Notes under the pieces: model-generated | The model's input: only the letters and a program-made list of their open reading frames with translations | Databases searched by the model: none | Told to the model about the DNA's origin: nothing | Part shown: piece after piece, positions 25,426-40,876 of the stretch | Numbering within the stretch: the first letter of the stretch is position 1 | Layout of the letters: each line of letters begins with the position of its first letter | Source: Octopus vulgaris | Taxonomy: Eukaryota | DNA: 64,000 nt | Direction of reading: 5' to 3' | Assembly: GCA_951406725.2 (NCBI GenBank) | Contig: OX597842.1 | Location: 23,808,001 to 23,872,000, forward strand | Made by a program: the position numbers and the translations under genes

Positions 25426-28400
25426 GGATGCACCTTCTTGCATCCTAAACTGTGCTAAACTTCTGTGTCACTAAGGATGTGCCTGAACCCAGAATGCAAC
25501 CACCACCATCTGAAGGGCACAAAACGATCGCAAAATAAATATAAACAGCAACAGAGGAGATCTACGACAACAACAAAGACAAAATACAACCACGTTTCCC
25601 CTCCTACAATCAAACAACGAAGACAGAACCATGAAAAAAACCATAACACCAAATAACACCAACATGAAATATGTATCCTCTGACCAAGTGACAAACCAAA
25701 GAGGTAACTCTTTTTTACTGACTTACGTAGAAAATATGAAGGCCGATCTAAGCCAGGAGATCCAACGAGCTATCAGCAACCACCTATGCAAATCACAAGG
25801 ACCACACACCCACTACCAACAAGAAAATCATACACACACAGCTCCATACAAGAACTACCCACATTGTTACCACTGAACAACATAAAACATAACTTAGAAC
25901 AATGCAAACATCAAACTTCCCTTACCTCAACATTCCTGTTAAATGTACGTGGCATCAACCCATCAATTATTGCCCAAAAATGGAAGATCCCATATATAGA
26001 GAGTTGGCTTGCCGAAACGGCACATTGCTTCCCTTTCTTTATCCTTACCGAGACTCACCTGAACAACACCCATATGGACGCCTAGGTGAAAATAAAAGAT
26101 TTCACCATTGTTCGTGCGGATCGCACAGACTGAAATAAGGGAGGGACAACCATCTTTATCCATGACTCCTTTTCACTTGATGCCAAAGACATATTTTCCA
26201 ATGGCTATTGTGAATCGGTATTACTATTCAGCAAGGCCAAGGACATAATCATTGTTGGTCTTTACAGGCCTCCCCAAGCACCTCTAAAGAGCTTTGAAGA
26301 GTGCCTCAGCAAAGTCAAATCCTTCCTTCGGAAGTACAACTCCGGAAACATAGTAGTGATAGGTGATTTTAACCTCCCTCATGTGAACTGGCCCACAAAT
26401 ACTCTGAAGTTAGGCAAATGCTCTACATCAGATAGAGCAGCAGCAGAACTGCTCTTTAATCTAATGGATGAATACTTCCTGACTCAGCTACTGCTCAAAC
26501 AAACGAGACAGAATAAAACGATCTTGGATCTGGTATTGACCAATCACTCTAGCTTCGTTCACAGTATTTCAGTTGAAAAAACTCTCCTCTCAGACAACGA
26601 CATGATACTCTGCAATTTTAATTCCCGACATATAAAAACCAAACCAGCCAATCCCACTCCATGGCACTCATTTGACAACATAAACTTCCACAAAGCGGAC
26701 TGGGGAGCAATCAGAAAGGATCTGTCTTTCATCGACTGGTCTTTTACTCTCAATTCCACCCATATTGAGACCGCATGGCAGCACTTTGAAAACATTGTCA
26801 CTTACAAATGCTCTAAACACGCTCCCACGAAATCTACTAACACAAACAGAAACCGGCTCCCTAAAAAGAAAAAAACACTCATCAGGCGCATCAAAAGACT
26901 CAACAAAAAAATCAACCAATTAAAATATTCCCACACACAACATCCACATTCAACAACAATGAAAAGGCTAGAGCTGGAAAAACTTCATCTGCAGACCGAC
27001 ATGAAAACCTCCATTGAAAATCAAAGAGCTGTGGAGGAACAGTGGGTAATCAAAAACATCAAACAGAACCCAAAAGTGTTCTATTCTTATGCAAATAAGC
27101 ATAAAACCACTGTCTCACCCATTGGGCCATTGACTGATGATAACGGCATTCCTCAACACGATGCTAAAGAAATGGCAGAAATACTGCAGAAACAATACTG
27201 CTCTGTCTTTAGTGTCCCCACTGACATTGACGTAAGAGAAGCGAACGAAGTTGACTCCCAATATAAAATCTCAGACATAACCTTCATTGCCACTGACATC
27301 ATAGCAGCAATAAATGAGGTCAAATACTATTCTGCTGTAGGCCCTGATAGATTCCCCGCTAGTCTCCTGAAGGAATGTAGACACCAACTTGCAGTCCCTC
27401 TGACCAACCTCTGGAGAAATTCGTTAGACGCAGGTTATATACCGAAACAGTTTCTATCCCAGTCAGTCATCCCGGTTTTCAAACAGGGAAACAGATCCCT
27501 CGCACTCAACTATCGCCCAATCTCACTCACCTCCCACATCATTAAAGTGTTTGAAAGAGTGTTAAGATCAAGGATAGCTGACTTCCTGGAGACCCACAAA
27601 CTCCTAAATGCAAATCAGCATGGCTTTCGCTGTGGCAGGGACTGTCTAACACAGCTCTTAAACCACATTGAAGATGTACTCAAAGCCTTGCGAACATGTT
27701 CGAATTCTGATGTCATATATCTTGACTTCAGTAAAGCATTTGACAGGGTAGACCATAATATCCTACTCTCAAAATTGGGAAACGTTGGAATCCGAGGAAA
27801 AGTTCTACACTGGATTATGTATTTCCTGGCGAATAGAACATAACATGTTGTAGTTGATGGAGTCCACTTAAGCCCAGCAAAAGTCACCAGCGGTGTCCCC
27901 CAGGGGACTGTCTTGGTTCCGCTACTCTTCATAATTTATATAAACGACCTTTCCAGTGTCGTACATTACTGCAAAGTGAAAATATTTGCTGATGACACTA
28001 AGCTCCAGCAAATCGTCAATGAAGAAGCAGACTGAACTCAACTCCAGTCTGATCTATATGCTGTGAGTCAATGGGCAGACAGAAACAAAATGCAACTGAA
28101 TGAGGGAAAATTTGAGCTGATGCATTTTGGAAGAAATTCCTCACTAAAACAGCCATACTCTCTTCCTTCAGGGGAACCGCTCACAGCCTCTAACAATATC
28201 AGAGACCTGGGTGCAATTGTTGATGACGATCTCAGTTGGAGTGCACACATCAACAAGAAGGTCGATATAGCTCGTAGGATGAGTTCCTGGATCTTAAGAA
28301 CTTTCCGGTCCAGAGAACAAGGTGTCGTCATACCACTTTTCTCCTCCTTTGTACGGCCACACCTCGAATACTGCTGCCCACTGTGGTCTCCCCATACAAG

Positions 28401-28957
28401 ACAAAGCATCTTGAGGATTGAATCACCCCAGAGGGCACTCACTAAACGAATTGAAGGCATGGCTGCTCTCGATTATTGGGATCGCCTTAAAGCCTTGAAA
28501 CTCTACTCTCTCCAGCGTCGCCGTGAGCGGTACATCATTTGTACGATGTGGAGAATATACCGCCAACTTTGCCCAAACGACCTTAACATTAGCTTCAAGG
28601 TTCATCCAAGACTGGGACCATGGGCCATACGTCCCCTGCCCAATTCAAGATCACAGCATACATGCACACTGCAACATAATTTCTTTTCCTCAACAGGCCC
28701 TGCCCTATTTAACATTGTCCGAAAGAGATCAAAGAGGAAAAGGATCCGATCAACTTTAAACGGAGTCTGGATAGATTCCTTCAAAGAATACCAGATAAGC
28801 CACCCATAAATGGATACAACTCACTCAACAAAAACTCACTACTTGAATGGACCATAAACAAAACTTGACTTAAACAGGATTCAAATAATCCTATCAGGTG
28901 GTGCTATTAAGTTAGACATGGCCTGGACCAATCTTTGGTCAAAACATATCTAAGTTT
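25426..28957 (+). mobile_element. CR1-group LINE, 5'-truncated, decayed (ORF1 C-terminus + APE-RT ORF2)
   Basis: Cys/His ORF1 remnant (FLHPKLC..CNHHHLKG), [53 protein letters not shown]; several in-frame stops. Related to the element at 35001-38172. Confidence 0.88.
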
Positions 28958-28971
28958 ATACATATACATAT

Positions 28972-29848
28972 ATCATCATCATCGTTTAACGTCCGCTTTC
29001 CATGCTAGCATGGGTTGGACGGTTCAACTGGGGTCTGGGAAGCCCGAAGGCTGCACCAGGCCAGTCTGATCTGGCAGTGTTTCTACAGCTGGATGCCCTT
29101 CCTAACGCCAACCACTCCATGAGTGTAGTGGGTGCTTTTTATGTGCCACCGACACAGGTGCCAGACGAGGCTGGCGAACGGCCACGCTCGGATGGTGTTT
29201 TTTATGTGCCACCGACACAGGTGCCAGACGAGGCTGGCGAACGGCTACGCTCGGATGGTGTTTTTTATGTGCCACCGGAACGGAGGCCAGGCGAGGCTGG
29301 CACGGCCACGATGGGATGGTGTTTGTTACGTGCCCACAGCACGGAGGCCAGTTGATGCGGTACTGGCTATGGCCACATTCGGATGGTTTCCTTATGTGTC
29401 ACCAGCACTGGTACAACAAAGATACAAATTCCATTGATGTTCATCGATTTTGATTTGATTTTCACTTGCCTCAACAGGTCTTCACAAGTGTCCCAAGAAG
29501 GAGGGTATGCACAGGTGGATGACTACGTCCCAGGTAGGGGCCATGGATTATGGCCTCACGTGTCCTGCCGGGTCTTCTCGCGCACAGCATACTTCCAAAG
29601 GTCTCGGTCTCTGGTCATTTCCTCAGTGAGACCTAAAGCGCGAAGGTCGTTCTTCACCACCTCGTCCCAGGTTTTCCTGGGTCTACCTCTTCCACAGGTT
29701 CCCTCAACCGCTAGGGTGTGGCAGTTTTTCAAACAACTATCTTCATCCATTCTTACTACGTGTCCATACCAGCGTAGACGCCTCTCTTGCACACCACATC
29801 TGATAATTCTTAGGTCCAACTTTTCTCTCAAGGCACTTACACTCTGTT

Positions 29849-29849
<1 letters not shown>
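28972..29849 (-). mobile_element. 5'-truncated RTE LINE
   Basis: [19 protein letters not shown] (ORF 29556-29999) plus 3' UTR and (GAT)n tail; same family as 22197. Confidence 0.85.
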
Positions 29850-30601
<752 letters not shown>

Positions 30602-30705
30602 ATATTATATTAGAGACAAAACCACTATTATGCAAATCAAACAAAGAAAGACTTAAGCCAATACATAAAATAATTTATATAAAGTAAAATTTAACAATTA
30701 TAAAT

Positions 30706-30759
30706 AACCACTACGATCGTTTCGTGTCAGCACATCTTTGAGACATTCTTCAGGTGGTT
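30706..30759 (-). ncRNA. type-I hammerhead ribozyme motif, intact core
   Basis: Reverse complement of 30925-30978. Confidence 0.8.
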
Positions 30760-30924
30760 TCAAAACCTAAAATATAAGATATAAATAATGTAAATAAAAA
30801 TTTACTTATAATAAACTCTATTATTAAATATGATTATATCGAAATCGGTTATAATGTTAATAATAGAGTTTATTATAAGTAAATTTTTATTTAGATTATT
30901 TATATCTTATATTTTAGGTTTTGA

Positions 30925-30978
30925 AACCACCTGAAGAATGTCTCAAAGATGTGCTGACACGAAACGATCGTAGTGGTT
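30925..30978 (+). ncRNA. type-I hammerhead ribozyme motif, intact core
   Basis: AACCAC-CTGAAGA-aTGTC(..)GACAc-GAAA-CGATCG-TA-GTGGTT: 6-bp stem I, palindromic stem III ACGATCGT, GUA cleavage triplet. Confidence 0.8.
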
Positions 30979-31168
30979 ATTTATAATTGTTAAATTTTAC
31001 TTTATATAAATTATTTTATGTATTGGCTTAAGTCTTTCTTTGTTTGATTTGCATAATAGTGGTTTTATCTCTAATATAATATAATATAATATTTTACTAT
31101 AAAATTGGATTCAATCCTAAATCTGATTTGTCTGTGTAAATTTGGATTTATTCCCTAATATTTATTAT

Positions 31169-31169
<1 letters not shown>

Positions 31170-31261
<92 letters not shown>

Positions 31262-31634
31262 TACATATATATATACATACATATATATATATATACATAC
31301 ATATATATACACATACATATATATATACATATATATACATACATACATATATATACATACATATAATATATATACATATATATATACACACATACATATA
31401 TATATACATATATATATACATATATATACATACATACATATATATACATACATATAATATATATACATATATATATACATACTTATATATATATATACAC
31501 ATATATATACATATATATATACATGTATATACATATATATATATACACATATATATATATACATATATATACACATATATATATACATATATATATATAC
31601 ATACATATATACACACATATATATATATATACAC

Positions 31635-31665
<31 letters not shown>

Positions 31666-31860
31666 CACACATATATATATATATATACATATATATATAC
31701 ATACATATATATATACTTACATATATATACATACATATATATAAATATATACATATATATATACATACATATATATATACTTACATATACATACATACAT
31801 ATATATAAATATATATGTACATACATATATATATATATATACATACATATATATATATAC

Positions 31861-31900
<40 letters not shown>

Positions 31901-32106
31901 ACATATATATACATACATATATACATACATATATATATACATACATATATATATACATATATATACATACATATATATATACATATATATATATACATAT
32001 ATATATATACATATACATATATATATATACATATATATACATATACATATATATACATATACATATATATACATATATATACATATATATATACATATAT
32101 ATATAC

Positions 32107-32161
<55 letters not shown>

Positions 32162-32180
32162 TATATACATACATATATAT
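31170..32180. repeat. (TA)n/(TACA) microsatellite
   Basis: ~1 kb TA-rich tract. Confidence 0.95.
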
Positions 32181-33645
32181 ATGACCTCACACATCAGCAA
32201 GGTCATGGAACGAATAGTCAGAAGGAAGCTGATCACCTTCCTTGAAGAGAATGACTTGCTGCCCGACACCCAACATGGTTTCCGACCAGGGAGAAGCTGT
32301 TTAACTCAGCTCCTACAACACTATGACTGGGTGCTGAAACGGCTGCTCAACCACTCAAATGTGGAAGTGATATATCTCGACTTTGCGAAGGCCTTTGATA
32401 AAGTCGATCATGGAATGATATGTCACAAACTGCGTGATCTCAACATAGTTGGAAAACTGGGAGAATAGCTTCATGACTTTCTGAAGGATAGAAGTCAGGT
32501 GGTAGTAGCCAATGGGGCCACCTCCATTAACACACAAATAGTGAGCGGTGTTCCGCAGGGCACTGTTCTGGGACCACTACTGTTCATAATGGCCCTCTCA
32601 GACATGCCCTCAACCACGCAGAGAGCCACGATCACAAGTTATGCAGATGATACAAAAGTGTCACAGGCAATACAGAACCCTGAGGACACTAAACACCTGC
32701 AATGTGAGCTGGACGAAATATACAAGTGGGCTGAAAAGAATAGCATGCAGTTCAATGCTGGAAAGTTTCAAGCTTTATACTATCAGCATGCAAAACTGAA
32801 TGCAATACCCAATGAATACACTGGACCCGGAGGGATTGCAATCCCAGAGGCACAATCAGTGCGTGACCTGGGTATTCACATGAGTGATGACGCGACCTTT
32901 CATGTACATGTTGCTAAACTGACAATGAAATGTAGACGGCTGGCTGGATGGATTCTTAGAACCTTTAGAACAAGAGAACAAGAAACCATGATGGTCCTCT
33001 GGAAGACACTTGTCCTAAGCCACTTTGACTATTGCTCTCAGCTATGGTCACCATCCAGTGTCAAGTTGATCACAGAACTTGAGGCGATCCAACGAAGCTA
33101 CACAAAGAAGATAGCCTCTATGCAGAATGTAAGCTACTGGGAAAGACTCAAGAGATTAAAATTATATTCCCTGGAGCGTAGGCGGGAAAGATATGCCATA
33201 ATATACATCTGGAAGATCCTGGAGGGAAGTGTCCTGAACTTTGGCATCGAGAGTTACGCAAATGCCAGAACTGGGCGCCACTGCGTGGTGCCTAGGACTC
33301 CAAACCTGCCATCAAGATGTAGGACAAGATTCTGTGATAGCCTGGGCTTCCGAGGCCCACAGCTCTTCAATATCCTCCCGAAGAACCTGAGAGACCTGCA
33401 TGGGGTGGATACAGATGTCTTTAAAATGAAGCTGGATCTCTTCCTGTCAGGTGTCCCAGATGAACCAACTTCACGGCAGGAGGGGCAGAAGAGGGCAGCT
33501 GCATCGAACTCTCTCATGCACCAAATAGCAGTTGCTAGAAAGCCTCCATGAAGTGAAACCAAGTAGCAACACCAAATGGCGGTGCCCCAGCATGGCCACA
33601 GCTCATAAGCTGAAACTAGAATCAATCAATCAATCAATCAATCAA
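32181..33645 (+). mobile_element. 5'-truncated CR1-group LINE (second family), RT with one in-frame stop
   Basis: [26 protein letters not shown] at 32466, [24 protein letters not shown]; (TCAA)n tail. Confidence 0.88.
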
Positions 33646-35000
<1,355 letters not shown>

Positions 35001-38000
35001 CTTAGAATAACTTAGAAAGGTTTTTGACCAGTATTGGCCCAGGCCATGTCTAACTTAATAGCACCACCTGGCGAAGTCTTTCAGTTCAGGATTTGGGCAC
35101 CAAGGCCCATTCGAGCAGAGAGTTATTGTTTGCGGAGACATATCCGGGTGTGGATGGTTTGTCCGGTACTGTTTGAAGGAATTTGTCCAAAGACTTCTTG
35201 AATTTTGTGTGGTCAGTTTCTTTTTTGACGTGTCCTGGTGTAATGTTGAAGAGAGCGGGTCCAATTGAGGTGAAATAGTTGTGCCGTATTGTCGTTATGT
35301 GATGCGATTTAGATTTTTGTTGTGGACGGATGGCACGTGGTCCAAGCCTTGGATGCATTTTGAAGGTGATGCCAACATCATTCGGACAGTGCTGATGGAA
35401 TATTTTCCACATCATACAGATAATGTAGCGTTCACGGCGTCGTTGGAGTGAATACAATTTCAGCTTCTCTAGTCTACCCCAGTAGTCAAGGTCTGACATG
35501 CCATCTATCTTTTTTGTGATTGACCTTTGGGGAGCTTCAATTCTCATAATATTTTGTTTTGTGTAGGGAGACCACAGTGGACAGCAGTATTCAAGGTGGG
35601 GTCGGGCAAAAGTGGAGAAGAGAAGGATAATAGCGTGGGAATCTCTCGACTGGAAGGTTCTGAGAATCCAGGAACACATTCTGCGGGCCATGTCAACTTT
35701 GCTGCTTATATGTGTAGCCCAGCTTATGTTGTTGTCCACTGTTACTCCCAGGTCTCTGATGTTGTCGGATGCCATGAGAATTTCTCCAGAAGGAAGAGAG
35801 TATGGGAGTTTCAGAGCGTCCTCCCTTCCAAAGTGGATCAGTTCGAATTTGTCTTCATTTAGCAACATGTTATTCTTTTCCGCCCATTGGACAACAGCTA
35901 GTAGGTCTGACTGAAGGTTTATTCGGTCATCCACGCCATTGATGACCTTCTGGAGCTTGGAATCATCAGCGAAGGTTCTGATGTTGCTGTGTTTGATGGT
36001 GTCAGTAATATCATTTATGTAGATGATGAAGAGAAGTGGGCCCAACACAGTGCCTTGTGGGACACCACTGCTGACTTTGGCTGGGCTGGATTTGACTCCT
36101 TCGACTACAACATGTTGGGTTCTGTTAGAGAGGAAGCACTTGATCCATTGCAGCAGCTTTCCAGTGACACCAATATTGGACAGCTTTCTCAGAAGGATCT
36201 TATGATCAACCCTGTCAAAGGCCTTGCTGAAATCAAGGTAGATGACATCAGTGTTGGAACCCTCTCCCAAGGCTCTCAAAATGTCATCAAAATGATGCAG
36301 TAGCTGCGTCAGGCAATCTCTCCCATTACGGAATCCATGCTGGTTGGGGTTCAGCATATTATGACTCTCAAGGAAGTGAGTCATACGCGATCTCAGCACC
36401 CTCTCAAATACCTTGATGATATGAGAGGTGAGTGAGATTGGACGGTAATTCACGGCAAGCGATTTGTTTCCTTTTTTGAAAACTGGGACAACAGACTGGG
36501 ATAGAAGGTCTTCTGGTATATATCCAGCATCCAATGAGTTCCGCCACAGATTGGCTAGAGGGGGTGCAAGTTGGTTTTGACACATCTTCAAGACACAAGC
36601 AGGGAACCCATCGGGACCTACTGCTGAATTATGCTTCATTTCCTTTATTGCTGCTAAGACATCAGGAGCGCCAAATGTTATGTCCGATAAAGTGTATTGG
36701 GGAGTAACATCACTGATACAGCCCAGATCAGTCATATCAGGATTGCTGAAAACAGAGCAATATTGTTTCTGCAATATTTCTCCCATGGTTTTGGCATTGT
36801 CTTGAAGAATACCATTTTCATCAATCAGAGGGCCAACAGTAGAACCAGTGACTCTGTGTTTTTTTGCAAATGAAAAGAACACTTTGGGATTGAGTTTGAT
36901 CTTCTCAATGGCCCAGGCCTCTTCAGCTCTTCGCTGACTATTGATGATAGACATCATGTTGTTTTGGAGTTTATGTTTTTTAATCTCTAGCGACGAGATG
37001 GCAGTCAGGTTGGTGTGTTGCTGTTGACAGTATTTCAGCATGTTGATCTTTTTGTTGATTCTTTTAATTTTCCTTATGAGAGATTTTCTATTTCTAGGGA
37101 TTCGACACTTAGATTTGTTTGCAGATCTTAATGGGGTGTGTCTTGCACATATGTTCGTGATGGTGTCTACAAGTGACTGCCAGGACTTTTTGATGTTAGT
37201 GGGTGTGTATGTGTGCGTGAAGGACCAATCGACTTGTGCAAGATCATTATTGATCGCTTCCCAGTTTGCATTGTGGAAATCCATAGTGTCAAATGGATGA
37301 ACAGGAGGGATGACATTTGTTTTGCATTTTGGCCAGTGAAATCTCAGATCACAGAGAACCATGTCATGGTCGGAGAGTAGGGTTTTCTCCACTGCAATAT
37401 TGTGGATAGTATCAGTGTGATTGCTGAAAATTAAGTCTAAGACGTTTTTGTGACATCTCGTTGGTTCGAGTACCAGTTGGGACAAGAAGAAGTCATCCAT
37501 GAAGTCAAGAAGCGATTCCACTGCCTCCCTGTCAGGGGTTGAGAGAGAAGAACCTGGCAGCAGACTGTTTATAGACCAGTCAACCCCGGGAAGGTTGAAA
37601 TCTCCCATCATTAAAATGTTGTCAGGTTGACACTGCTGAATGAAACACTTTATGCTGTTGAGGCATTCCTTGAAGCATGGTAGGGGCGTTTGGGGTGGTC
37701 TGTAGAGCCCAACTACTGTTAAGTTGTTGGTTTGACTGAATACAGCGACTGCTTCGCAGTATCCATTCGAAAATATGTTCATGGCTTCTGTTGAGAATGA
37801 ATCATGGACATAAATGGCAGTCCCACCCTTTCTTCTGCCAACACGATCAGCACGAATGGTTTTGAAATTTTTAACTTTCACCTCGGCTTCCAAGTGGAGG
37901 TCACTAAGATGGGTTTCAGTGAGGACGAAGAAAGGGATGTGGTTTGGATGGGCCTCGACCCAGTCCTCCAGGAATCTTATCTTCCATTTTTGTGTATTGG

Positions 38001-38172
38001 TGGAAGGGCTGATGCCTTGGGCATTAAGCAGAAATGTTGAGGCGAGAGTGGATGGTTTTAATTGTTTTGGTGATTTGTTTATTTGATTGCTTTTTAATGG
38101 CATGTGTAGTGGGGTAATAGTGGTGGATGGCGGTGGGTGATAGCTCGGATGTTTTTTTCCAGTTCTTTTGCT
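35001..38172 (-). mobile_element. young CR1-group LINE, 5'-truncated at end of ORF1
   Basis: Intact ORF2, 3' stem-loop and TTCTAAGTTA-type tail, flanked on both sides by (TA)n. Confidence 0.9.
35086..38103 (-). CDS. LINE ORF2 polyprotein (AP endonuclease + reverse transcriptase), ~1005 aa, uninterrupted
   Basis: From ATG at 38103 (MPLKSNQ): [74 protein letters not shown]. The first ~70 aa of the track ORF are microsatellite. Confidence 0.9.
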   Translation of the reverse strand: MPLKSNQINKSPKQLKPSTLASTFLLNAQGISPSTNTQKWKIRFLEDWVEAHPNHIPFFVLTETHLSDLHLEAEVKVKNFKTIRADRVGRRKGGTAIYVHDSFSTEAMNIFSNGYCEAVAVFSQTNNLTVVGLYRPPQTPLPCFKECLNSIKCFIQQCQPDNILMMGDFNLPGVDWSINSLLPGSSLSTPDREAVESLLDFMDDFFLSQLVLEPTRCHKNVLDLIFSNHTDTIHNIAVEKTLLSDHDMVLCDLRFHWPKCKTNVIPPVHPFDTMDFHNANWEAINNDLAQVDWSFTHTYTPTNIKKSWQSLVDTITNICARHTPLRSANKSKCRIPRNRKSLIRKIKRINKKINMLKYCQQQHTNLTAISSLEIKKHKLQNNMMSIINSQRRAEEAWAIEKIKLNPKVFFSFAKKHRVTGSTVGPLIDENGILQDNAKTMGEILQKQYCSVFSNPDMTDLGCISDVTPQYTLSDITFGAPDVLAAIKEMKHNSAVGPDGFPACVLKMCQNQLAPPLANLWRNSLDAGYIPEDLLSQSVVPVFKKGNKSLAVNYRPISLTSHIIKVFERVLRSRMTHFLESHNMLNPNQHGFRNGRDCLTQLLHHFDDILRALGEGSNTDVIYLDFSKAFDRVDHKILLRKLSNIGVTGKLLQWIKCFLSNRTQHVVVEGVKSSPAKVSSGVPQGTVLGPLLFIIYINDITDTIKHSNIRTFADDSKLQKVINGVDDRINLQSDLLAVVQWAEKNNMLLNEDKFELIHFGREDALKLPYSLPSGEILMASDNIRDLGVTVDNNISWATHISSKVDMARRMCSWILRTFQSRDSHAIILLFSTFARPHLEYCCPLWSPYTKQNIMRIEAPQRSITKKIDGMSDLDYWGRLEKLKLYSLQRRRERYIICMMWKIFHQHCPNDVGITFKMHPRLGPRAIRPQQKSKSHHITTIRHNYFTSIGPALFNITPGHVKKETDHTKFKKSLDKFLQTVPDKPSTPGYVSANNNSLLEWALVPKS

Positions 38173-38186
38173 AGATATATATATAC

Positions 38187-38217
<31 letters not shown>

Positions 38218-38540
38218 CATATATATATACATACATATATATACATATATATATATATATACACATATATATATATACATATATATATATATACATATAT
38301 ATATACATACATATATATACATATATATATATATACATATATATATACAATACATATATATATATATACACATGCATATATACATACATATATGTATTTA
38401 TAATATATATATACATACATATATTTATATATATGTATATATATACATATATATATATATATGTATATACATACATATATATACATGCAAATATATACAT
38501 ACATATAAATACATACAAACATATATATATATATATATAT
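38173..38540. repeat. (TA)n/(TACA) microsatellite
   Basis: TA-rich tract. Confidence 0.95.
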
Positions 38541-38568
38541 GTAAGAATTTTTCGCGTAAGATAAACAA

Positions 38569-38645
38569 AACCAAGGCTGTGTAGATATTAGAACATTTAT
38601 AGACCTTCTATCTATAAATGTTCTCATATCTACACAGCCTTGGTT
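38569..38645. repeat. hairpin, 35-bp arms, 7-nt loop
   Basis: AACCAAGGCTGTGTAGATATTAGAACATTTATAGA ccttcta TCTATAAATGTTCTCATATCTACACAGCCTTGGTT, one mismatch. Confidence 0.9.
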
Positions 38646-39029
38646 CTTTATCTCATTACGCAAACAATTCTTATATACACATTCTGACATGTGACCGATG
38701 TTGAAACCCCCTCACAAAATTACCAAACCTGGAACTTAACTATGGTGTCTATAGCACTAATTCAACATTACCTGACACCTTTGGGTCTCAATGACACCAT
38801 TACCTATGAAAACCTATATATATATATGTACACCATAAAAAAACATGTAATTTTCTGGATAAAAACTGTTAAAAACAAGCTTCTACTTGGGTAAAATTCA
38901 CACCCAATTGTTATCAGAATTGCTGATACGGCCAGAGGAAAAAGGTTTTCAATTTTGCATAATTTCACTTACACATGATTAGATTTTATCAAATTTTCAA
39001 TGTTTACAGGTATAACATTGAAAGCACTA

Positions 39030-39371
39030 TGACACGGCAACGCTGGGTCATAGTGCTAGTGCATGCATATACAGCTGCGTGCATGCGCACATACATGCGA
39101 GTACTGTCCAAATCTCTGACCAATCACATACAGCTAGCTGGCATTCAATTGGTATATCAAGTTTTGGGCATTTTGATTGGGTTTTGGATAGAAAATTCAC
39201 TTCTATTGATTGTTTAATGGCTTTGTGGGGTGACTGGGGAAGTGTAAAGATGTGCAAGACCACCCTTGGATGGTTTTGAATGACCTTAGAAAGTGCAAGC
39301 CCTCTAACTGAAAAATTGTGGATTTGTATAAAGGACACACACACAGACATTTTGCCGTTTATATATATAGA
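39030..39371 (-). mobile_element. Helitron-like repeat; oppositely oriented homolog at ~56372-56945
   Basis: Minus strand TCTATATATATAAACGGCAAAATGTCTGTGTGTG start; shared CAAAACCCAATCAAAATGCCCAAA block. Confidence 0.5.
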
Positions 39372-40235
39372 GGTTTCTTGCCCTCAAGAGATTATGTCCG
39401 ATCTTTAGTATTCTTCTGTAGGTCTTCCCATAGGAAAAGTTGTTGCCAGTTCTTATCAACAAAAACAAAGCTGATAAATATGCACAGGTGTTGCAAATTA
39501 AGTTTAATTACCAATAAACATCAGCTTCGATGACACTTTGCTCAAATGACAGAGGAAGGTGTCCAATCGAATTGATTATGTAAACAGAATTCTGATTGGT
39601 CGAAAGTATCTTCTTGTCTCAAGCTCTGATTTTCTGCCTATTCTTGTCAGAATCTTTGATATGGAGTATCGAAATTTTAATCCCTTTCACACTTCTAAAA
39701 TGTCAAACAAACTTTAAAATCTGTCACAACTGTTTTAGCCGGGAGATGAAACTGATAGTTTGGTAACCTGCTGAAATAAACAATAAAAATTGAAAGGAGA
39801 AAATAAACAGCTTTGCAAGTTTAACTCAGTGTTTATTGAACAAGAGAGGTGGGAAGTTTAAGAAGTGACTTGTTAGAATATACCCGTCTGTGAGGAGACA
39901 TAAACAAGGATAGCAAAGGTCTACAATACCAAAAGAACTGATAATACATACATTACAAGTGTTCTGTGAAGAGAACATAAGATTGATGCATAATTCAACA
40001 TGAATGTGAAATGACATTAAACATCGTATAAGGTAAATGAAGGTTTCTGCAGGAATGCCACGTCATATTTACTTAGGGAGTTTACATGCACAAGGGTGAA
40101 TTATGATGTTGATGGTGGTGTTAGATACAGTAAAATATGGCCCAGACCGTGATTACCAGCACCAATGTGAAACTTCAGAAAGTAGTTATTTATAAAGTAA
40201 AAATAAGCTTTATACCGTCCAGCATAAAGCAAAGT

Positions 40236-40437
40236 TGACCAGATGGTGAGTCTAGATGTGATAAGTCTGTTCACCAAAGTCTCAACTGATGAAGCACTAT
40301 CAGTGATTCAAGAAAAACTAGTGACAGACACCCATCTAAAAGAAGGCATTAGTATACCAATAAGGAACTTGATTGAAATGTTGACCGTCTGTGTAGAAAC
40401 CACCTACTTCAGAATGCATAGTAATATATATCAGTAA
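40236..40437 (+). mobile_element. Penelope-like element RT fragment
   Basis: MVSLDVISLFTKVSTDEAL..L..C..TTYF....IYQ resembles the PLE RT SLDVxSLFT motif; bracketed by a ~60-bp direct repeat (40128, 40432). Confidence 0.7.
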
Positions 40438-40539
40438 AATATGGTCCAGACCGTGATTACTAGCACAAACATGAAACTTCAGAAAGTAGTTAACCATTTA
40501 ATGGTTTTAGTAAATTTATACAGAAAAAAAAAGCTTTAT

Positions 40540-40750
40540 ACCTATTTCTTTATTACCCACAAGGGGCTAAACATAGAGGGGACATACAAGGACTGACATA
40601 GGCATTAAGTCGATTACATCGACCCCAGTGCGTGACTGGTACTTAATTTATCGACCCCGAAAGGATGAAAGGCAAAGTCGACCTCGGCGGAATTTGAAAT
40701 CAGAACGCAACGGCAGATGAAATACCGCATTTCACCCGGCGTGCTAACGT
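40540..40750 (-). mobile_element. SINE family A
   Basis: Reverse copy with tail GTGGGTAATAAAGAAATAGGTAT. Confidence 0.85.
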
Positions 40751-40876
40751 TTTGACAAAAGCTGGTGAAGCAGAGTGATGCACTAGGGTTGTTGGTCTCC
40801 TTTGGTATGGTTTCTATGACTGGATGCCCTTCCAAACACAAACTAGGAAAAGAAGGGAGAGAATGACAGATATATA

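Larger units (their letters stand above)
30602..31082. mobile_element. inverted pair of Penelope-like pLTR repeats, ~226-bp arms
   Basis: 30602-30827 is nearly the exact reverse complement of 30857-31082; each arm carries a hammerhead motif. Confidence 0.75.
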
